A stretch of 63,513 bases of DNA, the filler included, from Octopus bimaculoides (Eukaryota), in the NCBI RefSeq assembly GCF_001194135.2. It is 5 parts of 5 records of this genome, joined end to end, with 100 filler letters (N's around TTAATTAATTAA, not from the genome) between each part and the next. Parts side by side here need not be neighbours in the genome. Positions count along the whole stretch, not along the records: positions 1 to 20,761 come from NC_069000.1; 4 more parts are not named here. The stretch is one strand, 5' to 3'. Made by a program: the position numbers and the translations under genes. The notes below the pieces were generated by a model. It was not told the DNA's origin and ran no database searches. It saw nothing but the letters and a program-made list of their open reading frames with translations. Numbering within the stretch: the stretch's first letter is position 1; every line of letters starts with the position of its first letter. Below, in pieces: positions 1 to 12,778 of this stretch.

Positions 1-11
1 ATACTCTCTCT

Positions 12-508
12 TTTTACTCTTTTACTTTTTTACTTGTTTCAGTCAGTTGACTGCGGCCATGCTGGAGCACCGCCTTTAATTGAGCAAATCAACCCCAGGA
101 CTTATTCTTTGTAAGCCTAGTACTTATTCTATCGGTATTTTTTGCCGAACCGCTAAGTTACGGGGTCATAAACACATCAGCATCAGTTGTCAAGTGATGT
201 TGGGGGGGACAAACACAGACACACAAACATATACACACACAAACATATACACACACAAACACATACACACACAAACATATACACACACAAACATATACAC
301 ACACAAACATATACACACACATACATATGTATATACATATATACGACGGACTTCTTTCAGTTTCCGTTTACCAAATCCACTCACAAGACTTTGGTCGGCC
401 CGAGGCTATATTTGAAGACACTTGCCCAAGGTGCCACGCAGTGGGACTGAACCCAGAACCATGTGATTGGTAAGCAAGCAACTTACCACACAGCCACTCC
501 TGTGCCTA
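12..508 (-). mobile_element. tRNA-derived SINE, family 'S1', near full length, with internal (CA)n/(TA)n tract
   Basis: Minus-strand head GTGGCTGTGTGGTAAG...GGTTCAGTCCCACTGCGTGGCACCTTGGGCAAG; tail ...GACTGAAACAAGTAAAA. The same sequence recurs more than 10 times in the window. Confidence 0.85.
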
Positions 509-564
509 TGTTAATAACTCACAAACATAATCCTTCTGCACCTATGTTAATAATTCACAAACAT
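505..564. repeat. 36-bp-period direct duplication at the SINE/PLE junction
   Basis: CCTATGTTAATAACTCACAAACAT at 505 and CCTATGTTAATAATTCACAAACAT at 541. Confidence 0.85.
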
Positions 565-574
565 ATTTTTCTTT

Positions 575-1066
575 ATGCATTTTGAGGACTGAAAGTGTAG
601 CAGATTCAGAATATTTTCTGAGAATATGCACTTTCAAGTCTTTTTCAAAATTGCAGCCATTTAATGTAAAACGCTCAGCAAGTTCTGTCGAACTACTGTT
701 ATTGTGCCTGACATCATATTTGTGCCCATTGAATATTTCATTTAATTGTTCCATTGTTCAACCAACATAAATCAAGTTGTGTTTGGTGCTTTCTGCTGTG
801 TGCACCAAATGGGAATCTCTACATATCCCACCGTCTGTGTAAATCATAACATTTCTGTTATGATTCCTGATGGACTTAAATTGACTCATGTTGTTGCACA
901 ATGAACAGGGCTTACCTTTCTTGTGGCTGTTTTCAAGGTACAGCATACAGAAACTCCAATGTTAGTTTTCTTGGAGTCAGAAGTAGAGATTAATAATTCT
1001 CTTATATTTTTATTCGGTCTAAAGGCTACAATAGGTGACTGAGGAAATATCTGTTTGAAACGAGGA
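575..1066 (-). mobile_element. Penelope-like element 3' fragment: RT-EN linker plus GIY-YIG endonuclease (decayed)
   Basis: Translates as HPRFKQIFPQSPIVAFRPNKNIRELL (PLE linker), then after a frameshift KPCSLCNNM...HTAESTKHNLIYVG*TMEQLNEIFNGHKYDVRH...TELAERF...DLKVHIL (GIY-YIG: YVGxT..L..RF..H). Contains a stop and a frameshift. Confidence 0.8.
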
Positions 1067-1119
1067 TGGAAACATACAAATGCACCATTTGGTCAAACAT
1101 GGTTACAGTGAATCATGAT

Positions 1120-1333
1120 TAAAGGAAATAACAAATGACATAGCTAAGATTAGCAAAGAAAGTCAGATTTTCATGCATAATTTTAGCAAAGTACAATATG
1201 TGACAGAGTTCCTATAGTGGTTAACAGGCACTGAAATTTCGCTGTCATTTCAAAAGTGTCACATGAAAGTTACCAGCATGTTGCGAAAAAATATCCTTGT
1301 TTCAAACAGATATTTCCTCAGCCGCCTACTGTA
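1120..1333 (+). mobile_element. Penelope-like element upstream fragment, inverted relative to the 3' fragment
   Basis: Translates as DRVPIVVNRH*NFAVISKVSHESYQHVAKKYPCFKQIFPQPPTV, the PLE segment that normally precedes PIVAFR. 1293-1333 is an inverted copy of ~1028-1068. Confidence 0.7.
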
Positions 1334-1612
1334 AAACTTGAAAATTGAAGACTGAAGATGTCATTCTATCAATGTGGAAATTCTGGTAGCCCTCATTCAA
1401 GTTTTGGATTTGAATTTCTATAATTTTGAATCTCTATGTATCACTTTTCCTTTTGAACTCAACAAAGACAGGCTAACTGTCAAAATATCAGTCAACCAAT
1501 AAAATATCTATTGCAATTGCATCGTGCTCTTCATATTATCTATTTATTTTTGTGAAGAGTTATGCCAACCCTTTTAAAATATGATAATAATAATAATAAT
1601 AATAATAATACC

Positions 1613-1645
<33 letters not shown>

Positions 1646-1982
1646 GTTGCCATTTGCTACTCCTACAATTACAATTACTAGTATAGCTGCTGGCTGTTAC
1701 TACTCCTACTTTCATTATTGCAACCACCACTTTTGCTGCTGTTTATTACAACAGTGACAATAATTATAACCCCAAACATATAGAGAAGTTAAGGGGACAG
1801 TTGATTCAATAGACTCCAGAATATATAACAGGCAATTATTTTATGAATGCAACATGTTATTCACAGCACACCATGTAAGATAAAATGAATCAATCTGCAT
1901 TGTCAGCATATGTGCACTTTTATGCAAATATAGACAGAACAGTTAGTTTGGTGTCATCCAAGTTTTTATTCATTATGAATAG

Positions 1983-2041
1983 CTATAAGCTGCTAATCTC
2001 TCTGTGGAGAGAAGATGGATGCTTTTTCCCTGATGAAGTAT
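1983..2041 (-). CDS. Candidate terminal coding exon of an unidentified host gene
   Basis: CTAAC branch-like site plus TTTCTGGTTTTGTTAG acceptor. Phase 1 matches the 4909-5099 candidate and gives (Y)TSSGKKHPSSLHREISSL*. AATAAA follows shortly after the stop. No homology recognised. Confidence 0.28.
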
Positions 2042-2234
2042 CTAACAAAACCAGAAACTAGTTAGATTAATACCAGTCTTTACTGCTCACAGAGAAATAT
2101 AGCTGTAATGTAACCATTTTATTCTTTTATTTGTTTCAGTCATTTGACTGTGGCCATGCTGGAGCACCTCCTTGTATACTTTTGTATATTTGTATACTTT
2201 TCACAGCAAAGCTAAAATAGTATATATATATATA

Positions 2235-2698
2235 TTGATTTCAAATTTTGGCACAAGGCCAACAGATTTGGGGGAAGGGAGTAAGTCAATTGCATCGACC
2301 CCAGTGCTCTACTGGTACTTAGTTTATCAACTCCAACGTGATGAAATGTAAAGTCAACTTCAACAGAATTCGAACTCACAGGTGGTGAGCTGGCAGAAAC
2401 GTTAGCACACCAGGCGATATGCTTAGCGGTATTTCGCCTGCCATTACGTTCTGAGTTCAAATTCCGCCGAGGTCGACTTTGCCTTTCATCCTTTCGGGGT
2501 CGATAAATTAAGTACCAGTTACACACTGGGGTCGATGTACTCGACTTAATATCTTTGTCTGTCCTTGTTTGTCTCCTCTATGTTTAGCCCACTGTGGACA
2601 ATAAAGAAATAAGAATTTGAACTAACAACATAAAGACGAACAAAATACCACAAAGAATTTTGCCCAGTATGCTAACAATTCTGCCAGCTCACCACCAT
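2235..2698. mobile_element. SINE family 'S2' (Nin-domain-like): a plus-strand copy (2381-2610) inserted inside a minus-strand copy
   Basis: Core GAGGTCGACTTTGCCTTTCATCCTTTCGGGGTCGATAAATTAAGTACCAG. The flanks AGAATTCGAACTCACA / AGAATTTGAACTAACA look like a TSD. The Nin-domain label is from memory. Confidence 0.75.
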
Positions 2699-2852
2699 AA
2701 AAAATAGTCTATCGAAAAAGGGTGTACCTTGCATTTCAAATTGTATATCATATCATCATCATCATCATTGTTATATGCCCACTTTTCTAATTTACAACTA
2801 TTACATTATACCAAGGTGACACTCACACACATATTTTATATATATATAGACG

Positions 2853-2940
<88 letters not shown>

Positions 2941-3454
2941 CTCACACACACACATATGTGTGTGTAATAGGGTTATAGGGTTCTTTCAGTTTCTCTCTAG
3001 TAGATCCANNNNNNNNNNNNNNNNNNNNNNNNNNNNNNNNNNNNNNNNNNNNNNNNNNNNNNNNNNNNNNNNNNNNNNNNNNNNNNNNNNNNNNNNNNNN
3101 NNNNNNNNNNNNNNNNNNNNNNNNNNNNNNNNNNNNNNNNNNNNNNNNNNNNNNNNNNNNNNNNNNNNNNNNNNNNNNNNNNNNNNNNNNNNNNNNNNNN
3201 NNNNNNNNNNNNNNNNNNNNNNNNNNNNNNNNNNNNNNNNNNNNNNNNNNNNNNNNNNNNNNNNNNNNNNNNNNNNNNNNNNNNNNNNNNNNNNNNNNNN
3301 NNNNNNNNNNNNNNNNNNNNNNNNNNNNNNNNNNNNNNNNNNNNNNNNNNNNNNNNNNNNNNNNNNNNNNNNNNNNNNNNNNNNNNNNNNNNNNNNNNNN
3401 NNNNNNNNNNNNCTGCAGCCATGCTGGAGCACCACCTTTAGTCGAGCAAATCGA

Positions 3455-3700
3455 CATAGATAGATAGATACATACATACATACATAGATACACACATAGA
3501 TAGAGAGAGAGAGAGACAGAGAGAGACAGAGAGAGAGAGACAGAGAGAGAGAGACAGAGAGAGAGACAGAGAGAGAGAGACAGAGAGAGAGACACAGAGA
3601 GAGAGACACAGAGAGAGAGATACAGAGAGAGAGACAGAGAGAGAGACAGAGAGACACACAGAGAGAGAGACAGAGAGAGAGAGATAGAGAGAAAAGTAGA
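3455..3700. repeat. Compound (GATA)n/(CATA)n/(GA)n microsatellite
   Basis: Directly visible. Confidence 0.95.
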
Positions 3701-3760
3701 AGCAGGGAAATAAAGAAGAGAGAATGTAAATTTATGCATGTATGTATGTATGTATGATCA

Positions 3761-4287
3761 CTTAATCTGCTAGAAATGTCAGCCAATTTTCCAGATTAAA
3801 AAAAAAAGAAGTACACATACGCCAGTGTATTCCTAGTCACAGAATATCTCAATAAAAGACAAAAGGGTAATTAATAGAATATTTTCAAGCAATTAATTAC
3901 TCAATCAAAGCTGCCTTGTGCTGTGTAACAATAGAAATGACATCAGCAACATTTGTCTCCAATTTCTACAGGTTTTTCTCCCCTTACAATATGATGGCTC
4001 CTGACTATGAGGCCTCACGCATTCTATATTTGTTTTATGACTTTGAACTTAATGGCCAAGGCCAGTATTGGCCTAATCCATTAATAGCACCACCTGGTGA
4101 AGTCATATTTTAGGACACCATAACCTACATGAGGCAGCTTTGATTGAATAATTAATTGATTGAAGATATTCTACTAATTACCTTTTTGTCTTTTATTGTG
4201 AAATTCTGTGTCTAGGAATACATTGGCCAATGTGTCCTTCCGTTTTTTTAATTTGGAAAATTGGCTGACATTTCTAGCAGATTAAGT
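3761..4287. mobile_element. MITE/foldback element with ~155-bp terminal inverted repeats
   Basis: 3761-3916 (CTTAATCTGCTAGAAATGTCAGCCAATTTTCC...TCAAAGCTGCCT) is the imperfect reverse complement of 4132-4287; flanked by (TATG)n and (CATA)n. Confidence 0.85.
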
Positions 4288-4413
4288 CACCATACATACA
4301 TACACACATACATAAATCTATGCTCCCTCTTCTTTATCTCCCTGCCTCTACCTTTTGCTTTATCTCTCTCTGATATACATATATATCAGATGCCAGTGCT
4401 CAGTTGATTCGTC

Positions 4414-4627
4414 TTAACCCTTTTCCTCTGTCAAATGTAATGCTTATTTATTCACATTGTTTTGAGTAAGTCATGTATTACCTTCTTGTGGCTTTGGAGA
4501 TTTCAATGATGCAAATGTTAAATTTTCAAATGACATTGGTGTGAAAAACTGGATGTGGCACTTTTCAACATAAAACAGGTAAAAGTATTTTGGCTGGATA
4601 TGGCCTGTTTAAATGCTAAATTGTTAA
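4414..4627. mobile_element. piggyBac-like MITE (TTAA target), copy 1
   Basis: TTAA-CCCTTT...AATGCTAAATTG-TTAA; homologous along its length to 27518-27932. Confidence 0.7.
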
Positions 4628-4908
4628 TGGAATTTGACAAGATAGTACTTGAAAATTAAGAAGTGTTTTTGATCTTTGATTTGCTTTTAAATAATATTTA
4701 AGAAAGCTGGGTCAGTTAAGATACAAAGCTGTGTTACAATGTGTTTATCCCTGAGTTTGTGTGTGTGTGTGTGTGTAAATACATACACACACACACATAC
4801 ATGATGGCTGTCTATGCGTTAGATGAGTGCAGCTGTTGCTGGCATGTTGACTTATAATTGGCTGTTCCTACAAACGTGAAATTAACATGAAGTTGGTCAG
4901 AGACTTAC

Positions 4909-5099
4909 AAAGATTGCAGCAAAAACTGAAAGCTAAATCTGTGTTTTTGGCCAGATGGTTAAGCCTCTCAGGTGAAAGATCATTATAGGGCTTTCGAGTG
5001 TTTTGTAAGGCCAGAGCAGCTCCTGCAGGCTTTGCTACATATTTTAGTGGAAGCTCACAAGTGATGTTACAAGTTTTAATATTTATGGAAAGATTTCCT
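4909..5099 (-). CDS. Candidate internal coding exon (191 nt) of an unidentified host gene
   Basis: Acceptor TGACTTGTCTGTAG and donor TT|GTAAGT around 63 stop-free codons: GNLSINIKTCNITCELPLKYVAKPAGAALALQNTRKPYNDLSPERLNHLAKNTDLAFSFCCNL. Appears more GC-rich than its flanks. Family not recognised. Confidence 0.45.
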
Positions 5100-5479
5100 C
5101 TACAGACAAGTCAAACATCTCAAATGTTGAAACAAATATTAGTACTGCAAATATACAACTCCTCAGCAAAAACCTAAGAAGTATTTCAAAGATTGTATGT
5201 CAAAGACTTGCTGTCACAATTCAATCTTGACCTTCATGACTGGAAAGTATAAGCGGGGAACAAATGAGTGGAGAAAACAAATATACAAAGGATATTCATT
5301 CCAAACAAAATTAATAAGCAGGGCAAGAACTAAAATACTGTTAATGACAAACTATATAGAAGTGTTTCTCAACCTTTTTACCCTTAAAATAAATTAAGGC
5401 AGAACTTTGCACTAAAACAAAACCAAGAAAGCAATCCACAAGAAAGAATGCCCTAGAATAAAGATAGACAATAACCTTT

Positions 5480-5860
5480 GTTATTGAATGTATACATATC
5501 AACACAAGGAATATTGGTGCAACAAAATTTCTGCTTGATACAATTGTTTAGAATAGAAAAGAAAAATTATGTATAGTCACAGAAGTCAGCTGCCCTGCAG
5601 GTATCAACATTTCTACCCAAACCAGTGAGAAAGAGAACACATTAATAGATGGCTACTTCACAACTGCTTCTATACCTACACTATAAATTCACATTTATAC
5701 CTATAATTATTGGTGCACTAGATTATGCTGGTAAACAGCTAACTGACAATCTGAGAAAGATAGGGCTTTCAGAAAACGAAAGTGACCAGGTAACACTCAC
5801 TTGCAACTTAACTATGATCTGGAGAAAAACAGTAAAAGCATGCAAAACTTTTATATAAAG
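5480..5860 (+). mobile_element. Non-LTR retrotransposon C-terminal restriction-like endonuclease (REL) fragment, family A, decayed
   Basis: EKLCIVTEVSCPAGINI...YKFTFIPIIIGALDYAGKQLTDNLRKIG...KTVKACKTF; homologous to 41985-42320 and 54600-54950. Confidence 0.75.
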
Positions 5861-6895
5861 TTCAATGTGTAGCACAAATCATGTTTTTGTTTTCCAATTT
5901 TGTTTCTTTGTTAAAAACTACTTCCTTCCTTGTAGGAAGAAATCAAACCATTAAGAAGAAAGAGAGCAAATATAAATACATAAAAGTTTGTGTGTATATG
6001 TGTGTACATGTTTTCATCTGAAAGTCCCCAAAACACTGTGGAAACTGTCTGAGCCAAAAAGAAAATAAAAGCAGAGGAAGCATTAGAAATATGTAAAATA
6101 GATATAAAGTTCAACATTAAAATATAAGGGCCTTTTTTTTAATCATATAATAGCTTCTGTTTAAACTTGTAGCAGAAGTCAGCACACATCACTTTGCATT
6201 ATGGGAAAATAAAGTTGCAAGAAGTGTTTCATATATATANNNNNNNNNNNNNNNNNNNNNNNNNNNNNNNNNNNNNNNNNNNNNNNNNNNNNNNNNNNNN
6301 NNNNNNNNNNNNNNNNNNNNNNNNNNNNNNNNNNNNNNNNNNNNNNNNNNNNNNNNNNNNNNNNNNNNNNNNNNNNNNNNNNNNNNNNNNNNNNNNNNNN
6401 NNNNNNNNNNNNNNNNNNNNNNNNNNNNNNNNNNNNNNNNNNNNNNNNNNNNNNNNNNNNNNNNNNNNNNNNNNNNNNNNNNNNNNNNNNNNNNNNNNNN
6501 NNNNNNNNNNNNNNNNNNNNNNNNNNNNNNNNNNNNNNNNNNNNNNNNNNNNNNNNNNNNNNNNNNNNNNNNNNNNNNNNNNNNNNNNNNNNNNNNNNNN
6601 NNNNNNNNNNNNNNNNNNNNNNNNNNNNNNNNNNNNNNNNNNNNNNNNNNNNNNNNNNNNNNNNNNNNNNNNNNNNNNNNNNNNNNNNNNNNNNNNNNNN
6701 NNNNNNNNNNNNNNNNNNNNNNNNNNNNNNNNNNNNNNNNNNNNNNNNNNNNNNNNNNNNNNNNNNNNNNNNNNNNNNNNNNNNNNNNNNNNNNNNNNNN
6801 NNNNNNNNNNNNNNNNNNNNNNNNNNNNNNNNNNNNNNNNNNNNNNNNNNNNNNNNNNNNNNNNNNNNNNNNNNNNNTTATTATTATTATTATCA

Positions 6896-6977
<82 letters not shown>

Positions 6978-7544
6978 TACTACTACTATTATTATTATTG
7001 TGTATGTGTTTTTTTAATTTTTATTTTATTCTGAACTTACGAAACTTCTGGTTAAATTATAAAAAATGAGGCTCTGAAATGCAGTAGTTTTTTATTTATT
7101 CATTATTATTTTTTTATTCTTATGCATCATGGGAAATATTTTTTCTAATTATTGAATATGTACTTTAAATGTCAAGTCTTTTACACAATTATAAAACATT
7201 TATGAAACCACCTCCACCATCACAACAACTACCACCACCATCATCATCATCATCATCATCACTACTATTATTATCATCATCATTGTCATCATCATTGAGG
7301 AATAAGGTGAAATAAGTAAGTGAGAAGTCATGCTCTGAGAGTTTTATGAAAAGGCCACAAAATGACGAGCTTATAGTGAGTGATTGGTTCAATACTCTGG
7401 TTTTACCTGATGGATTAAATAAATATGCATTGTGCATTTGCCCAAGATATCAGGAGTTTATCATGATTTCAGAGAAGCCAGACCTTTCTTGAACACCCTA
7501 TAACAGTAACAAGATAACTATCATCATTATTAAAGTGGCAAGCT

Positions 7545-8278
7545 GGTAGAGTCATTAGCACGCTGAACAAAATGCTTAACAGTATTTCGTTTGTCTGCAC
7601 ATTCTGAGTTCAAATGCCACCAAGGTCGACCAGGATGACTGTTAATATTGATTCATGGGAATGGGTGAGCCAATTATATTGATCCAAATGCCCAACTGGT
7701 ACTTATTTTATCGACTCCAAAAGAATGAAAGGCCAAGTTGATCTCAGCGGAATTTGAATTCAAAATGTTAAAACAGACAAAAGGCTTCTGAGCGTTCTAC
7801 ATGGCATGCTAACGATTCCAACAGCTTGTTATCCTAAAGTTTACCTTGGCAGCATTTGAATTCACAACATAAAGCACCAGAAGAAATACTGCTAAACTTT
7901 TTGTCTGATGTTCTAACAATTCTGTTGACTTGATGCCTTTATCAGGATATAATATTAACAGCCATCCATAAGGTAGTGAGCTGGCAGAATTGTAAGCATG
8001 CTGGGCAAAATGATTAGTAGCATTTTGCCTATCTTGAAGTTCTGAGTCGACTTTGTTTTTCATCCTTTCAATATTGATAAAACAAATACCATTAGCACAC
8101 AAGACAAAATATTTAGTGGCATTTCATACTTTTACATACTGAGTTCAAATACCTCCAGGGTCGACTTTGCCCTTCATCCTTTCAGGGTCAATAAAATGAG
8201 TACCAGTTGAGCACTGGGGTCAATGCAATCGACTTATCCCCTTCCATGACATTGTTGGCTCTGTGCCAAAATTTGAAA

Positions 8279-8282
<4 letters not shown>
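7545..8282. mobile_element. Cluster of 4-5 decayed S2 SINE pieces in both orientations
   Basis: Repeated GAGCTGGCAGAA heads and GTCGACTTTG..CATCCTTTC cores on both strands. Confidence 0.7.
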
Positions 8283-8323
<41 letters not shown>

Positions 8324-8393
8324 GATAGCAAATGGCACTCTTCTTTTAATTTTGACTCTATATCTTCAGGAGGAGTTACCTCAATCCTTTCTA

Positions 8394-8444
<51 letters not shown>

Positions 8445-8448
<4 letters not shown>

Positions 8449-8584
8449 TCCGCCGTAGTGAAGGTAGAAGTATTGATTTCAGTCGTGTTTGTTTGTTTGT
8501 TTGTTTGTCCGTGGACAAGATATCTTAAGAACTGCTGGATGGATTCAGATAAAACTTTCAGGGATATTTGGCCTCATGACTGGC
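8445..8584 (+). mobile_element. Probable Helentron-associated (HINE/DINE-like) element end, cut by a gap
   Basis: TTACCTCCGCC...TTTCAGTCGT(GTTT)n...GAACTGCTGGATGGATT..GATAAAACTTTCAGG resembles the widespread HINE 5' end (recalled pattern). Confidence 0.45.
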
Positions 8585-9357
8585 NNNNNNNNNNNNNNNN
8601 NNNNNNNNNNNNNNNNNNNNNNNNNNNNNNNNNNNNNNNNNNNNNNNNNNNNNNNNNNNNNNNNNNNNNNNNNNNNNNNNNNNNNNNNNNNNNNNNNNNN
8701 NNNNNNNNNNNNNNNNNNNNNNNNNNNNNNNNNNNNNNNNNNNNNNNNNNNNNNNNNNNNNNNNNNNNNNNNNNNNNNNNNNNNNNNNNNNNNNNNNNNN
8801 NNNNNNNNNNNNNNNNNNNNNNNNNNNNNNNNNNNNNNNNNNNNNNNNNNNNNNNNNNNNNNNNNNNNNNNNNNNNNNNNNNNNNNNNNNNNNNNNNNNN
8901 NNNNNNNNNNNNNNNNNNNNNNNNNNNNNNNNNNNNNNNNNNNNNNNNNNNNNNNNNNNNNNNNNNNNNNNNNNNNNNNNNNNNNNNNNNNNNNNNNNNN
9001 NNNNNNNNNNNNNNNNNNNNNNNNNNNNNNNNNNNNNNNNNNNNNNNNNNNNNNNNNNNNNNNNNNNNNNNNNNNNNNNNNNNNNNNNNNNNNNNNNNNN
9101 NNNNNNNNNNNNNNNNNNNNNNNNNNNNNNNNNNNNNNNNNNNNNNNNNNNNNNNNNNNNNNNNNNNNNNNNNNNNNNNNNNNNNNNNNNNNNNNNNNNN
9201 NNNNNNNNNNNNNNNNNNNNNNNNNNNNNNNNNNNNNNNNNNNNNNNNNNNNNNNNNNNNNNNNNNNNNNNNNNNNNNNNNNNNNNNNNNNNNNNNNNNN
9301 NNNNNNNNNNNNNNNNNNNNNNCTTATGCAATATTCATCAATATATGAACACATGTA

Positions 9358-9415
<58 letters not shown>

Positions 9416-11619
9416 GTGTGTATATGTGTATGTGTTAGTTTATGTATATATATTTGCACATGTACACGCATACTTTGTATATCTTATATATTTATATTAT
9501 AAATTATACATATATAAATGAATATGTATGTATATGTGTGTATATACATAATTATGCACATGTATATGAACACACAAGTACACAGTCTGTGTGCACTCCA
9601 TATATATATATCACTAAATATATGTACATTTGAATATATCTAGAAGCATACACACACATGCAAATGTGTTCTTACATACATACCTATGTATGAATATATA
9701 CATACATGCAAACACACAAACACAAATACATATATGCATACACACTCAGGCACACAAATTTATACATATGTATATACTTATACATATGTATATACTTATA
9801 CATATTTGTTTATACATATGAATACATACACATATATAATATACATGTATTGTGTGTTGTGTGTGTGTGTGTGTGTGTGCGTGTGCATGCACGTGTGTAT
9901 GTGTGTGTATGAATGTGTATTTATATATGTATATATGCATATATATGCATATTTATGTCTGTTAGTTCATGGTAATGCAATGCCTGGCTTAGATATTTTG
10001 ATTTGTATAACTAAGGTTCAATTTTATTGTGGTAAATAGATTTAAGTGTCAAAGATTTAATATAAAAGTATATGTTTATCAATGTGTGTATGTATATATC
10101 AAATATCTATCTATGTAACTATCTATCTATCTATCTATCTATCTATATATATATATATANNNNNNNNNNNNNNNNNNNNNNNNNNNNNNNNNNNNNNNNN
10201 NNNNNNNNNNNNNNNNNNNNNNNNNNNNNNNNNNNNNNNNNNNNNNNNNNNNNNNNNNNNNNNNNNNNNNNNNNNNNNNNNNNNNNNNNNNNNNNNNNNN
10301 NNNNNNNNNNNNNNNNNNNNNNNNNNNNNNNNNNNNNNNNNNNNNNNNNNNNNNNNNNNNNNNNNNNNNNNNNNNNNNNNNNNNNNNNNNNNNNNNNNNN
10401 NNNNNNNNNNNNNNNNNNNNNNNNNNNNNNNNNNNNNNNNNNNNNNNNNNNNNNNNNNNNNNNNNNNNNNNNNNNNNNNNNNNNNNNNNNNNNNNNNNNN
10501 NNNNNNNNNNNNNNNNNNNNNNNNNNNNNNNNNNNNNNNNNNNNNNNNNNNNNNNNNNNNNNNNNNNNNNNNNNNNNNNNNNNNNNNNNNNNNNNNNNNN
10601 NNNNNNNNNNNNNNNNNNNNNNNNNNNNNNNNNNNNNNNNNNNNNNNNNNNNNNNNNNNNNNNNNNNNNNNNNNNNNNNNNNNNNNNNNNNNNNNNNNNN
10701 NNNNNNNNNNNNNNNNNNNNNNNNNNNNNNNNNNNNNNNNNNNNNNNNNNNNNNNNNNNNNNNNNNNNNNNNNNNNNNNNNNNNNNNNNNNNNNNNNNNN
10801 NNNNNNNNNNNNNNNNNNNNNNNNNNNNNNNNNNNNNNNNNNNNNNNNNNNNNNNNNNNNNNNNNNNNNNNNNNNNNNNNNNNNNNNNNNNNNNNNNNNN
10901 NNNNNNNNNNNNNNNNNNNNNNNNNNNNNNNNNNNNNNNNNNNNNNNNNNNNNNNNNNNNNNNNNNNNNNNNNNNNNNNNNNNNNNNNNNNNNNNNNNNN
11001 NNNNNNNNNNNNNNNNNNNNNNNNNNNNNNNNNNNNNNNNNNNNNNNNNNNNNNNNNNNNNNNNNNNNNNNNNNNNNNNNNNNNNNGTTTATCCTGTGAA
11101 TATTTTCTCTTCTTTTTTTGTATTTAGTTTGTTTTTTCATTATTTCGGTTATTGTTCTTTTTATTAATACAGTAATATGGTTTTCTTCTTTGTTTTCTGT
11201 TTATCATGTTTAATTACTTTTCCAATCATTTATGATAAATATTTTGAAATTTCTTTTTAAAATATCTGTCTCACTGACCATTGTTTCTGAATCATTGTTT
11301 TCTTTTTTGTTGTTTTAATTTTTACAATTGGTTTCTTTTTTCTTTATTTTTTTCTTTCCTTTTTACCTTATAGGTGAGTTGTGTACGTGGGTGGGTAGTC
11401 TCACTCACTTCTTTTTTAAAGTTGTTATTTGATTGTATTTTTATGATGTTCAAAATTTTTAAGATTACTCACACATCTGTATATGCTATCTATGTCTGTG
11501 TATATTTCTATATATAAATATACATTTATGTGTGTGTTTGTGTGTGTGTGTGTTTGCGTGTGTGTGTGTGTGTGTGTGCATGTGTGTGTGCATATGTGTA
11601 TGTTCTTTTATTCTTTTAC

Positions 11620-11859
11620 TTGTTGCACTTGACTTGTACTTGACTGCAGCCATGCTGGAGCATTGCCTTGATGAGTTTTAGTCTAACAAATTGACCCCAT
11701 GACTTATTATTTGTTAGTGTAGTACTTATTCTATCAGTCTCTTTTGCCAAACTGCTAAGTTACAGGAATGTAGACACACCAATACTAGCTGTCAAGTGAT
11801 GGGGGGGGGAGGGGGACAACACAGACACAAAGACACACACACACACATAAATATATACA

Positions 11860-11893
<34 letters not shown>

Positions 11894-12285
11894 NNNNNNN
11901 NNNNNNNNNNNNNNNNNNNNNNNNNNNNNNNNNNNNNNNNNNNNNNNNNNNNNNNNNNNNNNNNNNNNNNNNNNNNNNNNNNNNNNNNNNNNNNNNNNNN
12001 NNNNNNNNNNNNNNNNNNNNNNNNNNNNNNNNNNNNNNNNNNNNNNNNCAAGACACTTTATTTCACATTGCTCCGGTCCACTCAGCTGGCAAAAATGAGT
12101 TGTACCTGTATTTCAAAGGGCCGGCCTTGTCACACTGTGTGTCACGCTGAATCTCCCTGAGAACTATGTTAGGGGTACACGTGTCTGTGGATTGCTCAGC
12201 CACTTGCACGTTAATTTCACGAGCAAGCTTTTCCGTTGATCGTATCAGCTGGGACCCTCATCGTCATAACTGACGGAGTGCTCCT

Positions 12286-12317
<32 letters not shown>

Positions 12318-12430
12318 GCGAGGCTTCTTTCAATTTCTGTCTACCAAATCAACTCACAAGGATTTGGTCAGCCTGAGGCTATAATAGAAGACACTTGCCC
12401 AATGTGCCATGCAGCTGGAAAACACAGACA
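11620..12430 (-). mobile_element. CpG-decayed S1 SINE interrupted by a gap and by a SINE of family 'S5' (12050-12285, +)
   Basis: S1 tail at 11625-11830 and S1 body at 12318-12420. The S5 core GCTCCGGTCCACTCAGCTGGCAAAAATGAGT...CTGAATCTCCCTGAGAACTA recurs at 27400-28100 and 55390-55700. Confidence 0.7.
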
Positions 12431-12674
12431 CACACTGAGCATAAAGCTATAAACTATAGGATGTTTACATGCTTTTGTATCTAGTTTTATACTATTCCAT
12501 AAAAGAATTATTTCATGTTCTTTCAAAAGGTGGTAAAAATTTTTACCACTAATATGTGTGTGAGAGAGAGAGAGAGTATGTGTGTGTATATGTGTAGTAA
12601 TAAGATATTAAATAAATTACATCATGGACTTCATTAGCTAACTGCTGTTTCAGCTATAAATGCAATTTAATTAC

Positions 12675-12778
12675 AGCTAAGTTAGATTCTAGCTTTCTAC
12701 AATCCACTACTGGAAAACTTTCATGTATAAATGTAAATATTGTAACATCTTAAATAACAAATGCTGCTCTGTCAGTTA
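12675..12778. repeat. Duplicated unique-looking segment, copy 1 (copy 2 at 16874-16961)
   Basis: AGCTAAGTTAGATTCTAGCTTTCTACAATCCACTACTGGAAAACTTTCATGTATAAATGTAAATATTGTAACATCTTAAATAACAAAT; three substitutions versus copy 2. Confidence 0.95.

Noticed and set aside
758-760. In-frame TGA in the PLE GIY-YIG motif (YVG*T) as selenocysteine or A-to-I-edited readthrough
   Set aside because: The element is otherwise decayed (frameshift, lost conserved Cys/His, second stop in the inverted piece) and no SECIS was recognised; an ordinary nonsense mutation is simpler.
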